The notes: generated from the sequence alone by a model not told the origin. DNA of 64,000 nucleotides from Methanomicrobiales archaeon (GCA_015660865.1 JACTUA010000005.1:104790-168789), one strand, 5' to 3'; positions 32,460 to 42,218 are shown, counted from the stretch's first letter. Translations and numbers: made by a program.

Positions 32460-34016
32460 ATGCCTCCCGGCATCACCGTGTACGACGGCGCAGACTGCAT
32501 CGGCGGGAACAAGATCTATCTTTCCGACGGGAAGGACGGCATCTTCCTCGACTTCGGCAAGAACTTCGGGAAGTATGCCCGTTTCTACGAGGAGTTCCTG
32601 AAGAGCCGGACCACCCGGGGGATCCACGACCTCCTCACCCTTGGCCTCATTCCGAGGATGAATATTTATCGGAGGGACCTCGTTCCTTCGGATGTCTCCC
32701 TCGAGGGGTACCCGTTACTCCCCATCTCCGCCGTCCTTCTCTCCCATGCCCACCTGGACCACTGCGGGAACATCGGCCTTCTGGAGCAGTCCGTCCCCGT
32801 GTTCTCCACGCCCATGACAGCTGCCATCCTGAAGGGCTACCAGGACGCGGGGAAATCGACGACCGAGGCAGACGTCGCCTATACCTCCGAGCGGCAGCCG
32901 AACACGGCGGATCCACTCTACCTGGAATCCGACCGGGGATGTTATGTAGGAAAGGAGTTCTGCCTCACGTCGAAGCCCACGGAGAAGTTCCTGGAGTTCC
33001 TCTCCTGGAGGCCCGGGCAGGACGGGAAGAATGCGAAGAAGCTGGAACCGGGCTGCTGCTGCATCATCGAGGAACACCGCCTACCCTTCCAGGTCTCGGC
33101 CTGCGAAGTGGACCACTCGCTCTACGGTGCCTGCGGCTTTCTCATCGAAGGGGAGAGGACCGTCGCTTATACCGGCGACTTCCGCCTCCATGGCCGGAAC
33201 GAGGCGAAGACCCGGGAGTTCGTCCGGCGTGCGAAGGGAGCGGACGTGCTCATCACCGAAGGCACCCGGGTGAAAGATGCCGGCCCGGAGGACGGGAGCA
33301 GGATCACCGAGGAATCGGTCTGTGAGACCTGTCGGGGGGCCGTGGAGGAGTCGAAGGGCTTGGTGATCGCCGACTTCTCTGCCCGGAACTTCGAGAGGCT
33401 GGAGGCCTTCCGGGAGATCGCCGCCCGGACCGGCAGGGAGCTCGTTGTGACGGCCCGGGACCTCTACATGCTGTACGCCCTCTTCGCTGTTGACGGGGTG
33501 AAGCGGTGGGAGGGAGTGCGGGTGTACGACGAGATCGTCGACCACCGGAGGCGGAAGTGGGAGGCGGAGCTCGTGATTCCGCTCGCGGGGGAACAGTACC
33601 TGAAGCACGATGCCATCCGCAGGGATCCCGGGCGGTACATCCTCTGCTTCTCCTTCTTTGACATGAATCACCTCCTGGACATCAAGCCTGACGGTGGGAG
33701 CTACCTCTACTCATCCTGCGAACCCTTCAACGAGGAGATGGAGATCGACTTCAGGCGGCTCTGGCAGTGGCTGGATTTCTTCAGGATCTCCCCCTGCGGA
33801 TTCTCGATGGAGAAGGATGCGGCCGGAGACGTGGTGCCGGTGATGGACAAGCACTACCACGCCTCCGGCCATGCCTCGGGAGCGGACGTGGCCTGGGTTA
33901 TCGACGAGATCGACCCCGATGTGATCATCCCGGTGCATACCGAGCAGCCGGGCTGGTTTGAGGAGAATTTTGACGGGGTGATTGTGCCGGAGGAAGGAAA
34001 GAGGTACGAGGTTTAG
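32460..34016 (+). CDS. Metallo-beta-lactamase / RNase J-like beta-CASP nuclease
   Basis: IGGNKI, LDFG, SHAHLDH, VDHS, YTGD, HASGHA, PVHTE motifs. Confidence 0.85.
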   Translation: MPPGITVYDGADCIGGNKIYLSDGKDGIFLDFGKNFGKYARFYEEFLKSRTTRGIHDLLTLGLIPRMNIYRRDLVPSDVSLEGYPLLPISAVLLSHAHLDHCGNIGLLEQSVPVFSTPMTAAILKGYQDAGKSTTEADVAYTSERQPNTADPLYLESDRGCYVGKEFCLTSKPTEKFLEFLSWRPGQDGKNAKKLEPGCCCIIEEHRLPFQVSACEVDHSLYGACGFLIEGERTVAYTGDFRLHGRNEAKTREFVRRAKGADVLITEGTRVKDAGPEDGSRITEESVCETCRGAVEESKGLVIADFSARNFERLEAFREIAARTGRELVVTARDLYMLYALFAVDGVKRWEGVRVYDEIVDHRRRKWEAELVIPLAGEQYLKHDAIRRDPGRYILCFSFFDMNHLLDIKPDGGSYLYSSCEPFNEEMEIDFRRLWQWLDFFRISPCGFSMEKDAAGDVVPVMDKHYHASGHASGADVAWVIDEIDPDVIIPVHTEQPGWFEENFDGVIVPEEGKRYEV

Positions 34017-34107
34017 ATAAGAATGGTATCAGGCCGGCCAGAAGTACTGAACGCATCTCTTTCCCTGACAATATCTTCATCCTTCGGAAGCGGATAAATA
34101 CTCAATA

Positions 34108-35259
34108 ATGAAGAGATCCCTCCTTCTCGTTTCCATGCTCCTTGCGGCCACCGTCTTTCTCGGAGCCTGCACCCAGACTGCGCCCCGGCCGGCCCCGCCC
34201 GTAACCGTGGAATCACTCCCGACTCCAGGCGGATCACCGGCGGTAACCGCATCCCCATCGGTTCCTGCCGGGGGTGGCGGCGGAGGTGCCCCTGCCACCC
34301 CCATCGTCACTCAACCGCCCGGGACTCCCGACCCCGCCTTCCTCGTGGATATCAACGTCCCCGATAAAACCTGGCAGGGCACCACCCTCTTCGCAGACAA
34401 CCATGATCCGGCCAGGCCGAGGATCGTCGAGGTGAACATGCAGGGCGAGGTGACCTGGGAGTACGACCTTCTCGGGGAACTAAAAAGTTACACGAACCCC
34501 GGCGAGGACGTCGAACTCCTCCCGAACGGGAACATCCTCGCCCTCTTCCCCAGGTACGGGGTATACGAGCTCACGAAGGGAGGGCAGGTCGCCTGGAAGT
34601 ACCTGGACCCGAAGGTCTCCCACGACGCTGACCGGCTCCCAAACGGAAACACCCTCATCGCCTTCGGCGCGTTTGACACCATGGGCGACATGCAGGTAAA
34701 GGAGGTCAACCCCCAGGGCGAGATCGTCTGGTCATGGCGTGCAAAGGATTCCTTCAACCGTGCACCCTACCTGGGGATCTCGAACGAGGGATGGACCCAC
34801 ACGAACGCGGTCACCCGGCTCGCGAACGGGAACACCCTCGTGAGCCTGAGGAACTTCAACCTCATCGCGGAGGTCGACCCGGCCGGGAAGGTCGTGCGGA
34901 CCATCGGGGAAGGCCTCATCACGGAGCAGCACGACCCCGAGGTCCAGCCGGACGGGAACATCCTCATGATGGACCTGCCCCTGCCCAACGCGGCTATCGA
35001 GATGGCCCCGAACGGCACCATCGTCTGGCGGTATACCCTTCTCGACAGGAACGAGTATCCCGCGAGGGATGCCGACCGGCTCCCCAACGGGAACACCCTT
35101 ATCACCGCAGCCGACCGGATCCTCGAAGTAACCCCCGATAAGGAGGTTGTCTGGCAGCTCAGGCTGAAGGACGTGATCTTCACCGACCGGCAGTCGGCCC
35201 AGACCCGCGGGTTCTACAAGGCGGAGCGGGTGAGTGATGGGCTTATTTCAGGTGGGTGA
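34108..35259 (+). CDS. Aryl-sulfate sulfotransferase-like beta-propeller lipoprotein
   Basis: Lipobox-like FLGAC, Pro/Thr linker, repeated HDADRLPNGNTLI / WTHTN / QHDP motifs. Confidence 0.75.
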   Translation: MKRSLLLVSMLLAATVFLGACTQTAPRPAPPVTVESLPTPGGSPAVTASPSVPAGGGGGGAPATPIVTQPPGTPDPAFLVDINVPDKTWQGTTLFADNHDPARPRIVEVNMQGEVTWEYDLLGELKSYTNPGEDVELLPNGNILALFPRYGVYELTKGGQVAWKYLDPKVSHDADRLPNGNTLIAFGAFDTMGDMQVKEVNPQGEIVWSWRAKDSFNRAPYLGISNEGWTHTNAVTRLANGNTLVSLRNFNLIAEVDPAGKVVRTIGEGLITEQHDPEVQPDGNILMMDLPLPNAAIEMAPNGTIVWRYTLLDRNEYPARDADRLPNGNTLITAADRILEVTPDKEVVWQLRLKDVIFTDRQSAQTRGFYKAERVSDGLISGG

Positions 35260-35765
35260 ACAACACCCGCGAGCAGGAGTTTTCACCGACGGATGGGAGC
35301 GATAATGATTTCTCCTCCCGTCCCCTACGGGGATATGGGATGACTTCACTCAGGGTCACACCAGATACCAAACTTCGGCTGGACAGGCTGATGTTAAACC
35401 CGGAGGACTCCAGTGATACTATCATCAATCGTCTCATCGATTTTTACGAGGACGACGACCACCTGACCAGGGAAGATGTCGAGGGGATCAAGGGGGCCCT
35501 CCGGGAGCTGAAAGAGGGCAGGTTCTTCACCCACGAGCAGGTGAAGGAGGAGTTCGCCCCGGGCCGGGAAGAGCCCCCTGCTCCCATCGGCGATCCCCAG
35601 GCGGTGAAAGACATGGAGGAGATCTTTTCGGGGACTGCGAAGAAGGTCCTCGATCCGGAGCTCACCAAGCCTGAGCCTGGCGACACCGACCCCGGTGATA
35701 TCCACGAGATCGAGGGGTTTGATACGAGAGGGAGATCCCGGACCCCCCACCTGGATTCCCTCTGA
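35256..35765 (+). CDS. Antitoxin-like protein (RHH-type) with acidic C-terminal extension; paralog of 35848-36081
   Basis: TSLRVTPDTKLRLDRL..IINRLID..LKEGRFFTHEQVK aligns with the downstream antitoxin. Confidence 0.65.
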   Translation: MNNTREQEFSPTDGSDNDFSSRPLRGYGMTSLRVTPDTKLRLDRLMLNPEDSSDTIINRLIDFYEDDDHLTREDVEGIKGALRELKEGRFFTHEQVKEEFAPGREEPPAPIGDPQAVKDMEEIFSGTAKKVLDPELTKPEPGDTDPGDIHEIEGFDTRGRSRTPHLDSL

Positions 35766-35847
35766 GGCCGACCTGGTCCCCATCCTTTCATTTTCATCGC
35801 GGCGATGCAGGATCTGTCTTTATATATCCACACATGTAGATCATTGT

Positions 35848-36081
35848 ATGCAAACGTCCTCACTCCGGGTCAACCCGAGGACCAAGTCCCGTCTTGAGAA
35901 GCTGAAGGTGCACCCGAGAGAATCCTATGACAAGGTCATCGATCGCCTCATCGATTCCTACCATGATGACGAGCCCCTGACCGAGGAGGAGATCAAGGGG
36001 ATCGAGGAGGCCCTCCAGGACCTGAAGGAGGGCCGGCTCTACACTCACGAACAGGTGAAAAAGAAGCTCGGGCTGTCCTGA
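35848..36081 (+). CDS. Type II antitoxin (RHH-like) for RelE
   Basis: MQTSSLRVNPRTKSRL..SYDKVIDRLID..EGRLYTHEQVKKKLGL; abuts relE. Confidence 0.75.
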   Translation: MQTSSLRVNPRTKSRLEKLKVHPRESYDKVIDRLIDSYHDDEPLTEEEIKGIEEALQDLKEGRLYTHEQVKKKLGLS

Positions 36082-36345
36082 ATGCCCTTTACCCTCATCT
36101 ATACCTCCCGGGCCCTGAAAGACCTGGAGAACTTATCCAGAGCGGTGAACAGGAGGATTGTCATGACGCTCGAGCGGCTGGCGGAGGAGGATGATCCGGA
36201 ATGGTCGGTGAAGCGTTTACAGGACTCCCCCCTCTATTCACTCCGCGTGGGACCATACCGTGTCATCCTGGATATCCGGCGGGAGAAGATTACCATCTTC
36301 GTCCTTCGGGCCGGGCCGAGGAGGACCGTTTACCGTGACCTTTGA
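36082..36345 (+). CDS. relE: RelE/ParE-family toxin
   Basis: RALKDLENL..YSLRVGPYRVI..GPRRTVY. Confidence 0.85.
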   Translation: MPFTLIYTSRALKDLENLSRAVNRRIVMTLERLAEEDDPEWSVKRLQDSPLYSLRVGPYRVILDIRREKITIFVLRAGPRRTVYRDL

Positions 36346-37348
36346 AGGAAACCCGAGGCATGGTCAGATCCGTGCCATCATCTTCGACATGGACAACACC
36401 CTCTTTGACTTCGTCGCGGCGAAGCAGCACGCCTGCCGGGAGGTCGCGAAGTTCCTCGGCCGGGACGACTGGGAGGCGCTCTTCTCCTGCTTCCTCAACT
36501 CCCCCCACGGCTTCGAGAGCCACGAGAACATCAAAGACTACTTTGACCTCTGCGGTTTACTGGAGGAGTGCAGTGCCAAACAGAATCCCGGTATGCCGGG
36601 TGAAAGACAGGACGGTTCCCCGAGGACCTGCTCCATTACAGGTGAAGGATGCAACCCGGGGAGGATCCGCGATGAAGAAGGAGAAGAAAGGGGCAATTTT
36701 CCCGGGGAACCCCCTTCTCCTGGGAAGAAAATTCCGCCAGCCACTTCCCCTCCCCATGATCAGAGAAATGGGCAGCTCCCGTCCGCCTGCGGCGGCTCCT
36801 TCACATGGGAGGTGCATTCAACCCAGCCCTCCAGCAAGGAAACCAATCCCGTGGGATCAGGGAATCTCCTCGCCGACAAGTCCCTCTACTGCAACGAGGT
36901 CTTCTCCCGCTGCTGCACTATTTACGAGGCCGAGAAGGTCCGAGTACTTTCGCCCTACCCCGGCGTCCGCGAGACCCTCGGGGAACTGAAGCGGCGGGGC
37001 TTTCCCCTGGCAATCGTTACCGATGCGTACAACGGGAACGCCCTCGCCCGGCTCCGGAAGACGGATCTTTTTGATTTCTTTGATTTCATTATTTCTTACG
37101 ATATGACCGGTGCGAAGAAGCCGGCGCCGGATGCGTTTTTGTTAGCGTTGAAGAAATTGGAGACTTTGCCGTCAGAGACTTTACTTGTCGGCGATAGCCT
37201 TAGGCGGGATATTGCACCAGCTCAAGCGCTAGGGATGATTACGGCGTATGCAGCTTATGGAGACCGGAATGTCCGGACTGGCGATCCCCCTAACTGCCGG
37301 CCGGATTATGTCCTGACGAATATTGAGGAGATGGTGGGGTTGGTGTAA
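36335..37348 (+). CDS. HAD-superfamily hydrolase with ~110-aa low-complexity insertion
   Basis: IIFDMDNTL (motif I), IVTD (II), KKPAP (III), VGDSLRRDI (IV); GTG start at 36335 assumed. Confidence 0.8.
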   Translation: MTFEGNPRHGQIRAIIFDMDNTLFDFVAAKQHACREVAKFLGRDDWEALFSCFLNSPHGFESHENIKDYFDLCGLLEECSAKQNPGMPGERQDGSPRTCSITGEGCNPGRIRDEEGEERGNFPGEPPSPGKKIPPATSPPHDQRNGQLPSACGGSFTWEVHSTQPSSKETNPVGSGNLLADKSLYCNEVFSRCCTIYEAEKVRVLSPYPGVRETLGELKRRGFPLAIVTDAYNGNALARLRKTDLFDFFDFIISYDMTGAKKPAPDAFLLALKKLETLPSETLLVGDSLRRDIAPAQALGMITAYAAYGDRNVRTGDPPNCRPDYVLTNIEEMVGLV

Positions 37349-37513
37349 CCGCGGGATGTCGAGGACGCGGAAAGATCCAGAGGTTTTGCCCCCGGAGATC
37401 TCCTGAGAGTCAGGGTAAAGCAGTCGGGACCTCGATATTTCCGGATCGGAAACAAAATGTTTCCGGATCAGAAACACGGTCAGTCCGGCCATTCCCAACC
37501 ATGGCTGCGGTGG

Positions 37514-37590
37514 GTCTCCCGCGAGGGAGGCCGTATCCGCGAGAGACTCTATCTCCTCAAGAACGCAGGATTTTCTTCGGAAGATAGAGT
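37514..37590. other. Two abutting hairpins in the intergenic spacer
   Basis: GTCTCCCGCG..CGCGAGAGAC (37514-37547) and ACTCTATCT..AGATAGAGT (37546-37590). Confidence 0.55.
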
Positions 37591-37623
37591 ACTCCGACTT
37601 TGAGCTGTACGATACAGGCTCAG

Positions 37624-37810
37624 TGTAAGGTTATCCTGCATTGCCTCAGGAGCGATAGGGCTGATGTAAGGTTATCACCGGTTGACTTAGGATGGCAACG
37701 GGATCGATAAGGTTATTCGATGTTGACCTGGAGAAAGGGGCTGGTTTTGATGGTACTCCTGGTTGACTTAGGGGCCGATGCTCTATATAAGTGAACTTTT
37801 GTTGACTTAC
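37624..37810. repeat. Five degenerate ~40-41-bp-period repeats (TAAGGTTAT-N5-GTTGACTTA), putative operator array upstream of fic
   Basis: Core at 37640 (ATTGCC), 37681, 37722, 37762 and 37801; TAAGG at 37626, 37667 and 37708. Confidence 0.7.
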
Positions 37811-37847
37811 AAGACAATTTATAATGTTACAGGCCGGAATAGTACGT

Positions 37848-39005
37848 ATGGATACGTACTCTGAGAACAGAGCGGGTGTTTTTGTTCACCAGGACGGGGG
37901 ATATGACACATTTATCCCGCGCCCGTTACCTCCAAGAGGCCTGGATCTTGATGAGGGCCTATTATTCCTGCTTTCAAAGGCTGATAGTGCACTGGCACGC
38001 CTGGATGGTGTCACCCAGGTCCTCCCGAACCCCGACCTGTTCGTCGCGATGTACGTGAAGAAAGAGGCGCTTTTGAGTTCCCAGATCGAGGGTACGCAGG
38101 CCTCGCTCCAGGGTGTCCTGGAATTCGAAGCCCATATGAAACCGAGAGATGATATCAACGAGATACGGGAAGTCCTGAATTACATCAAGGCCCTGCATCA
38201 CGGCATCGAGAAGCTGGAATTTTCAGAGGTATCTCTCGATTTGATCCACGAGATCCACAGGTTCCTGATTAAGGGAACCAGAGGGACGCACAGGCTCCCC
38301 GGTCAGCTCCGGAGGGTACAGAACTGGATAGGCCTTCACGGAGGCACGATCCATGATGCCGTATTCATTCCCCCGCCACCGGAGAAAGTCCCGGAGTTGA
38401 TGGGAGACCTGGTACAGTTCATCCAGGCCGGAGACAAAACTCCGACCCTCGTCAAGGCCGCACTCATCCATGCCCAGTTCGAGACGATCCATCCTTACCT
38501 GGATGGAAACGGGAGAATGGGAAGATTACTGGTAACCTTTTACCTCTGTAGTGAAGGCGTATTATCGAGACCCCTCTTATACCTGAGTTATTACCTGAAG
38601 AAGAACCGCGAGAGGTACTATTCACTCCTCAACGAGGTCCGGCACCAGGGAAACTGGGAGGCCTGGCTGGAGTTCTTCTTCCAGGGGGTCATCGAGGTCT
38701 CCGGCAACTCGATCGAGACTGCAAAGCGGATCATCCAGCTGAAGGGCGAGTTGATCGAGAAGCTCCTGGAGAGCAATATCAGCGGCGTTCATGCAGTCAA
38801 ACTGGTGGACGACCTGTTTGATCATCCGGTCATGACCATTGCACAGGCTGCCGATGCCCTGAGGATCAGCCGCCAGGCGGCCACGAAACTGGTGGGTAAA
38901 TTCGAGAGAATCGGCATCTTAAAGGAGATCACCGGAAAGGAGCGGTATAAAAGGTATCTCTTTATCGACTATGTGAAGATCATCGAGGAAGGTACGCGAA
39001 CCTGA
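37848..39005 (+). CDS. fic: Fic family protein (class II, N-terminal inhibitory helix, C-terminal HTH)
   Basis: SSQIEG inhibitory motif, HPYLDGNGRMGR Fic motif, C-terminal TIAQAADALRISRQAATKLV HTH. Confidence 0.92.
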   Translation: MDTYSENRAGVFVHQDGGYDTFIPRPLPPRGLDLDEGLLFLLSKADSALARLDGVTQVLPNPDLFVAMYVKKEALLSSQIEGTQASLQGVLEFEAHMKPRDDINEIREVLNYIKALHHGIEKLEFSEVSLDLIHEIHRFLIKGTRGTHRLPGQLRRVQNWIGLHGGTIHDAVFIPPPPEKVPELMGDLVQFIQAGDKTPTLVKAALIHAQFETIHPYLDGNGRMGRLLVTFYLCSEGVLSRPLLYLSYYLKKNRERYYSLLNEVRHQGNWEAWLEFFFQGVIEVSGNSIETAKRIIQLKGELIEKLLESNISGVHAVKLVDDLFDHPVMTIAQAADALRISRQAATKLVGKFERIGILKEITGKERYKRYLFIDYVKIIEEGTRT

Positions 39006-39124
39006 TGAATTCCAGCCGGGCACAAGCCCGTCTTCCCGGATAAAAAGACCGAAAAAGACCTTCACAGAAGAGTTCCCCTACCCCCGCATCCCCGAGACCC
39101 ACCTTCCCGATTCTCCCCACAGCA

Positions 39125-39530
39125 GGGTCCTGGAGCCCTGCCCCCTTATCCCTGAGACCCTGACGGAACTCAGGTGGCGGGGCTTTCCCATGGCCGTCGT
39201 CACCGATGCGCACAACGGGAACGCCCTCGCCCGGCTCCGGAAAACGGATCTTTTCTGCTATTTTGATTATGTAATTTCTTATGATATGACCGGCGCGAAG
39301 AAGCCGGCGCCGGATGCGTTCCTGCTGGCGTTGAAGATGTTACAGACGTTGAATCGTCGGAGACGTTACTTGTTGGAGATAGCCTCAGACGGGATATCGC
39401 ACCCGCACAGATGGGAATGATTACGGCGTATGCGAAATACGGAGATCGGAATATACGGACCGGCGATCCACCTACCTGCCGGCCGGATTATGTGCTCACG
39501 ACCATCGAGGAGCTGGTGGGGTTGGTGTAA
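39125..39530 (+). pseudogene. Frameshifted duplicate of the 3' half of the HAD gene
   Basis: Aligns with 36938-37348 (VVTDAHNGNALARLRKTD..YDMTGAKKPAPDAF..GGGTTGGTGTAA); lacks motif I; frameshift near 39351. Confidence 0.85.
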
Positions 39531-39615
39531 ATGTGATGTACGCGTTAAAATATACTCCAAATTATAAAAAATAAACTTCCAAAAACTTATATCAAACTTC
39601 CACATATGCTAATTT

Positions 39616-40758
39616 ATGACGTCTTCTTTCCTTAAGGAAATCAGTACCATAGATTCATATAATTATAATTTTCCTGCAATCCGTGGTATCCAAGCTGGGA
39701 GAGAATATTACCTCTCAATGTGCCCGTTAAAGCTAATCCCGAAAATCTTTCTGTACGATGAATCTTCGCTTCCAGCCCAGTTGAGAGCACAACGTACCTT
39801 AAATCATGCAAGGATACCAGAAATTGCTAATTATATTGTAAATAATCCAAAGGACTATGTTTTTTCCGCAATCTCTGCCTCAATCAGTGGTGCACCGGTC
39901 AAATTTATTCCAGCGGGGGACAACGGTATGGAAACCAAAATCGGAGCGATCGTTATACCGATGGATGCCCAATTTATCATCAATGATGGGCAGCATCGGC
40001 GAGCTGCGATTGAGGCTGCCCTCAAAGAGCGACCCGAACTAGGTAATGAAGCCATTGCAGTGGTATTTTTTATCGATGCCGGTTTAAAACGAAGCCAGCA
40101 AATCTTTTCCGATCTCAACCGCCACGCAATCCGGCCCACCAAATCAATTAGTATCCTTTATGATTACCGAGATCCCTTTGCACGGTTTGTGTTGGATCTT
40201 GCAGATACACTTCCTATTTTCAAAGGCATTACTGAGCTCGAAAAGACCAGCATATCTAATCGTTCCACCAAAATGTTCACATTATCCAGCATTTATCAGG
40301 CAACAGCTGAACTTCTGGGGAAGAAGAGGAAAATAAAAAAAGTTACTCCCGATGAGAGCACCATCGCGCAGGAATTTTGGATAGAGGTAACTACAAACAT
40401 TCCAGAATGGGAACAATTGATTAAACAAACTGTATTGAGCAGTGAACTCAGAACTGAATTTGTCCACGCACATGGTATCGCTCTCCATGCACTTGGGATT
40501 GCTGGACATGCACTTATCAAGATATACCCTCATGATTGGAAAGAGCAGTTAAAAATGCTGCAATTGATAAATTGGTCCCGCTCAAATGAGCAGATATGGG
40601 AAGGACGTGCGATGAATAACGGGAGAATTTCCAAAGCGCATATGAACCTTACCCTAACAACAAACTATCTCAAACAGATAATGAAAATACCACTCACTGC
40701 TGAGGAAACCAGGATGGAGAAAAGATTCCTGAAACAAAATCCCGAGCATGCGTTATGA
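39616..40758 (+). CDS. dndB: DNA sulfur modification protein DndB (DGQHR domain)
   Basis: FPAIRGIQAGREYY, RAQRTLN, INDGQHRRAAI, QQIFSDLN. Confidence 0.92.
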   Translation: MTSSFLKEISTIDSYNYNFPAIRGIQAGREYYLSMCPLKLIPKIFLYDESSLPAQLRAQRTLNHARIPEIANYIVNNPKDYVFSAISASISGAPVKFIPAGDNGMETKIGAIVIPMDAQFIINDGQHRRAAIEAALKERPELGNEAIAVVFFIDAGLKRSQQIFSDLNRHAIRPTKSISILYDYRDPFARFVLDLADTLPIFKGITELEKTSISNRSTKMFTLSSIYQATAELLGKKRKIKKVTPDESTIAQEFWIEVTTNIPEWEQLIKQTVLSSELRTEFVHAHGIALHALGIAGHALIKIYPHDWKEQLKMLQLINWSRSNEQIWEGRAMNNGRISKAHMNLTLTTNYLKQIMKIPLTAEETRMEKRFLKQNPEHAL

Positions 40759-42212
40759 TCCAGCATACGCTCAATGGCAAACCAATGTCTGTCTTTGATG
40801 GAAAAGGGCTGGAAAACATCCATCATGAGATTCGGGAAGTCTATCTTAGTGACAACCGGCCATGGGTAATAGGGTATAGCGGGGGAAAAGATTCGACGAC
40901 CGCGCTTCAGCTCGTTTGGTATGCATTATCTGAACTTCCCGAAGAAAAGCGAACTAAACCGGTCTTTGTCATCTCTTCGGATACGCTCGTTGAGACTCCA
41001 GTGATTGTGGATTATATCACCACGACGCTTGAAAGAATCAATAAAAAAGCAATTGAAACAGAGATGCCTTTTAAAGCGGTAAAGCTGTATCCACGAATTT
41101 CTGATTCTTTCTGGGTAAATTTAATCGGGAAGGGATATCCAGCACCAAGTACTCAGTTCCGTTGGTGTACCGAGCGGTTAAAAATTAAAACTGCCGATCG
41201 GTTTATTCTTGAAAGTGTAACAAAATTTGGAGAAGTTGTTCTTATTTTGGGGGTGCGGAAGGGAGAGAGTGCAACACGAGATCAGGTAATGAATCTGTAT
41301 AAAATACAAGGCTCGAAGCTCTCTCATCACTCACGGTTCCCTCAGTCATATGTTTATACACCCATCGAGGATTTTACGGTTAATGACGTTTGGACATATC
41401 TTTTACAGAAACCCTCCCCCTGGGGCAACAATAACAGGGATCTCGTCGCCCTCTATAAGACTGCTCAAGATGGGGAATGCCCTCTCGTCGTAGATAAGAC
41501 CACAGCGCCATGCGGTAACAGCAGGTTTGGATGCTGGGTATGTACGGTTGTCCAAAAGGATCGGAGTATGGAGGCACTTATTGAGAGTGGAGAAGAATGG
41601 CTCGAGCCGCTCCTCGAATTTCGTAACGAACTTGCAGAGACTCAGATCCCAGAGAAGAAACATTTGTACCGTGATTATCGACGAATGGACGGCAAAGTAA
41701 AAATCATGAAAAAGGGAGATGGCCTGGAAATAATCCGCGGACCATACACACTTGATATTTCAAAGAAAATGTTGAGAACATTGCTGGAAGCCCAAATTAG
41801 TGTTAGGAAAAATGGGCCAAATCCGAATTTAACCTTAATTTTACCAGAAGAATTGTTCGAGATTCGGCGCATCTGGCTAACTCAACGGAGTGATTGGGAA
41901 GATTCAGTCGTTCATATCTACAAAGAAGTGACAGGTGAAAACCTCGAATGGGCGAAGGATGATCTGGGAACCTTTTCCCAGACGGAAAAAGAATTATTAA
42001 AAAATATATGCGAAGAACGTAACATACCCCTCAGGCTCGTAACGAAGTTACTCGATGTCGAACAACAATTACAGGGGATGAATAGGCGTTCATCAATTTA
42101 TATAAGAATTAATGAGGTACTCGGAGAAGATTGGATCAGTGAGGAAGAAGTAAGAAAAGTAATGGTGAAACCAGGTGCCATTGATTCCCGCCGTCATATC
42201 AAGCACATCTGA
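40755..42212 (+). CDS. dndC: DNA phosphorothioation sulfurtransferase DndC
   Basis: PWVIGYSGGKDST, SDTLVE, GYPAP, RWCTERLKI, ECPLVVD..CGNSRFGCWVCTVV. Confidence 0.93.
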   Translation: MIQHTLNGKPMSVFDGKGLENIHHEIREVYLSDNRPWVIGYSGGKDSTTALQLVWYALSELPEEKRTKPVFVISSDTLVETPVIVDYITTTLERINKKAIETEMPFKAVKLYPRISDSFWVNLIGKGYPAPSTQFRWCTERLKIKTADRFILESVTKFGEVVLILGVRKGESATRDQVMNLYKIQGSKLSHHSRFPQSYVYTPIEDFTVNDVWTYLLQKPSPWGNNNRDLVALYKTAQDGECPLVVDKTTAPCGNSRFGCWVCTVVQKDRSMEALIESGEEWLEPLLEFRNELAETQIPEKKHLYRDYRRMDGKVKIMKKGDGLEIIRGPYTLDISKKMLRTLLEAQISVRKNGPNPNLTLILPEELFEIRRIWLTQRSDWEDSVVHIYKEVTGENLEWAKDDLGTFSQTEKELLKNICEERNIPLRLVTKLLDVEQQLQGMNRRSSIYIRINEVLGEDWISEEEVRKVMVKPGAIDSRRHIKHI

Positions 42213-42218
42213 GGGTAT

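Noticed and set aside
32460-34016. MBL nuclease as a defence effector of the island
   Set aside because: Host-like composition, RNase J-like motif set, and no direct linkage to the dnd/pbe block; nothing in the sequence supports a defence role.
36555-36885. Intein in the HAD gene
   Set aside because: No His-Asn followed by Cys/Ser/Thr junction and no splicing or endonuclease blocks.
37624-37810. Possible CRISPR array
   Set aside because: Period is only ~41 bp, repeats are degenerate, spacers are ~16 bp, and there are no cas genes in the window.
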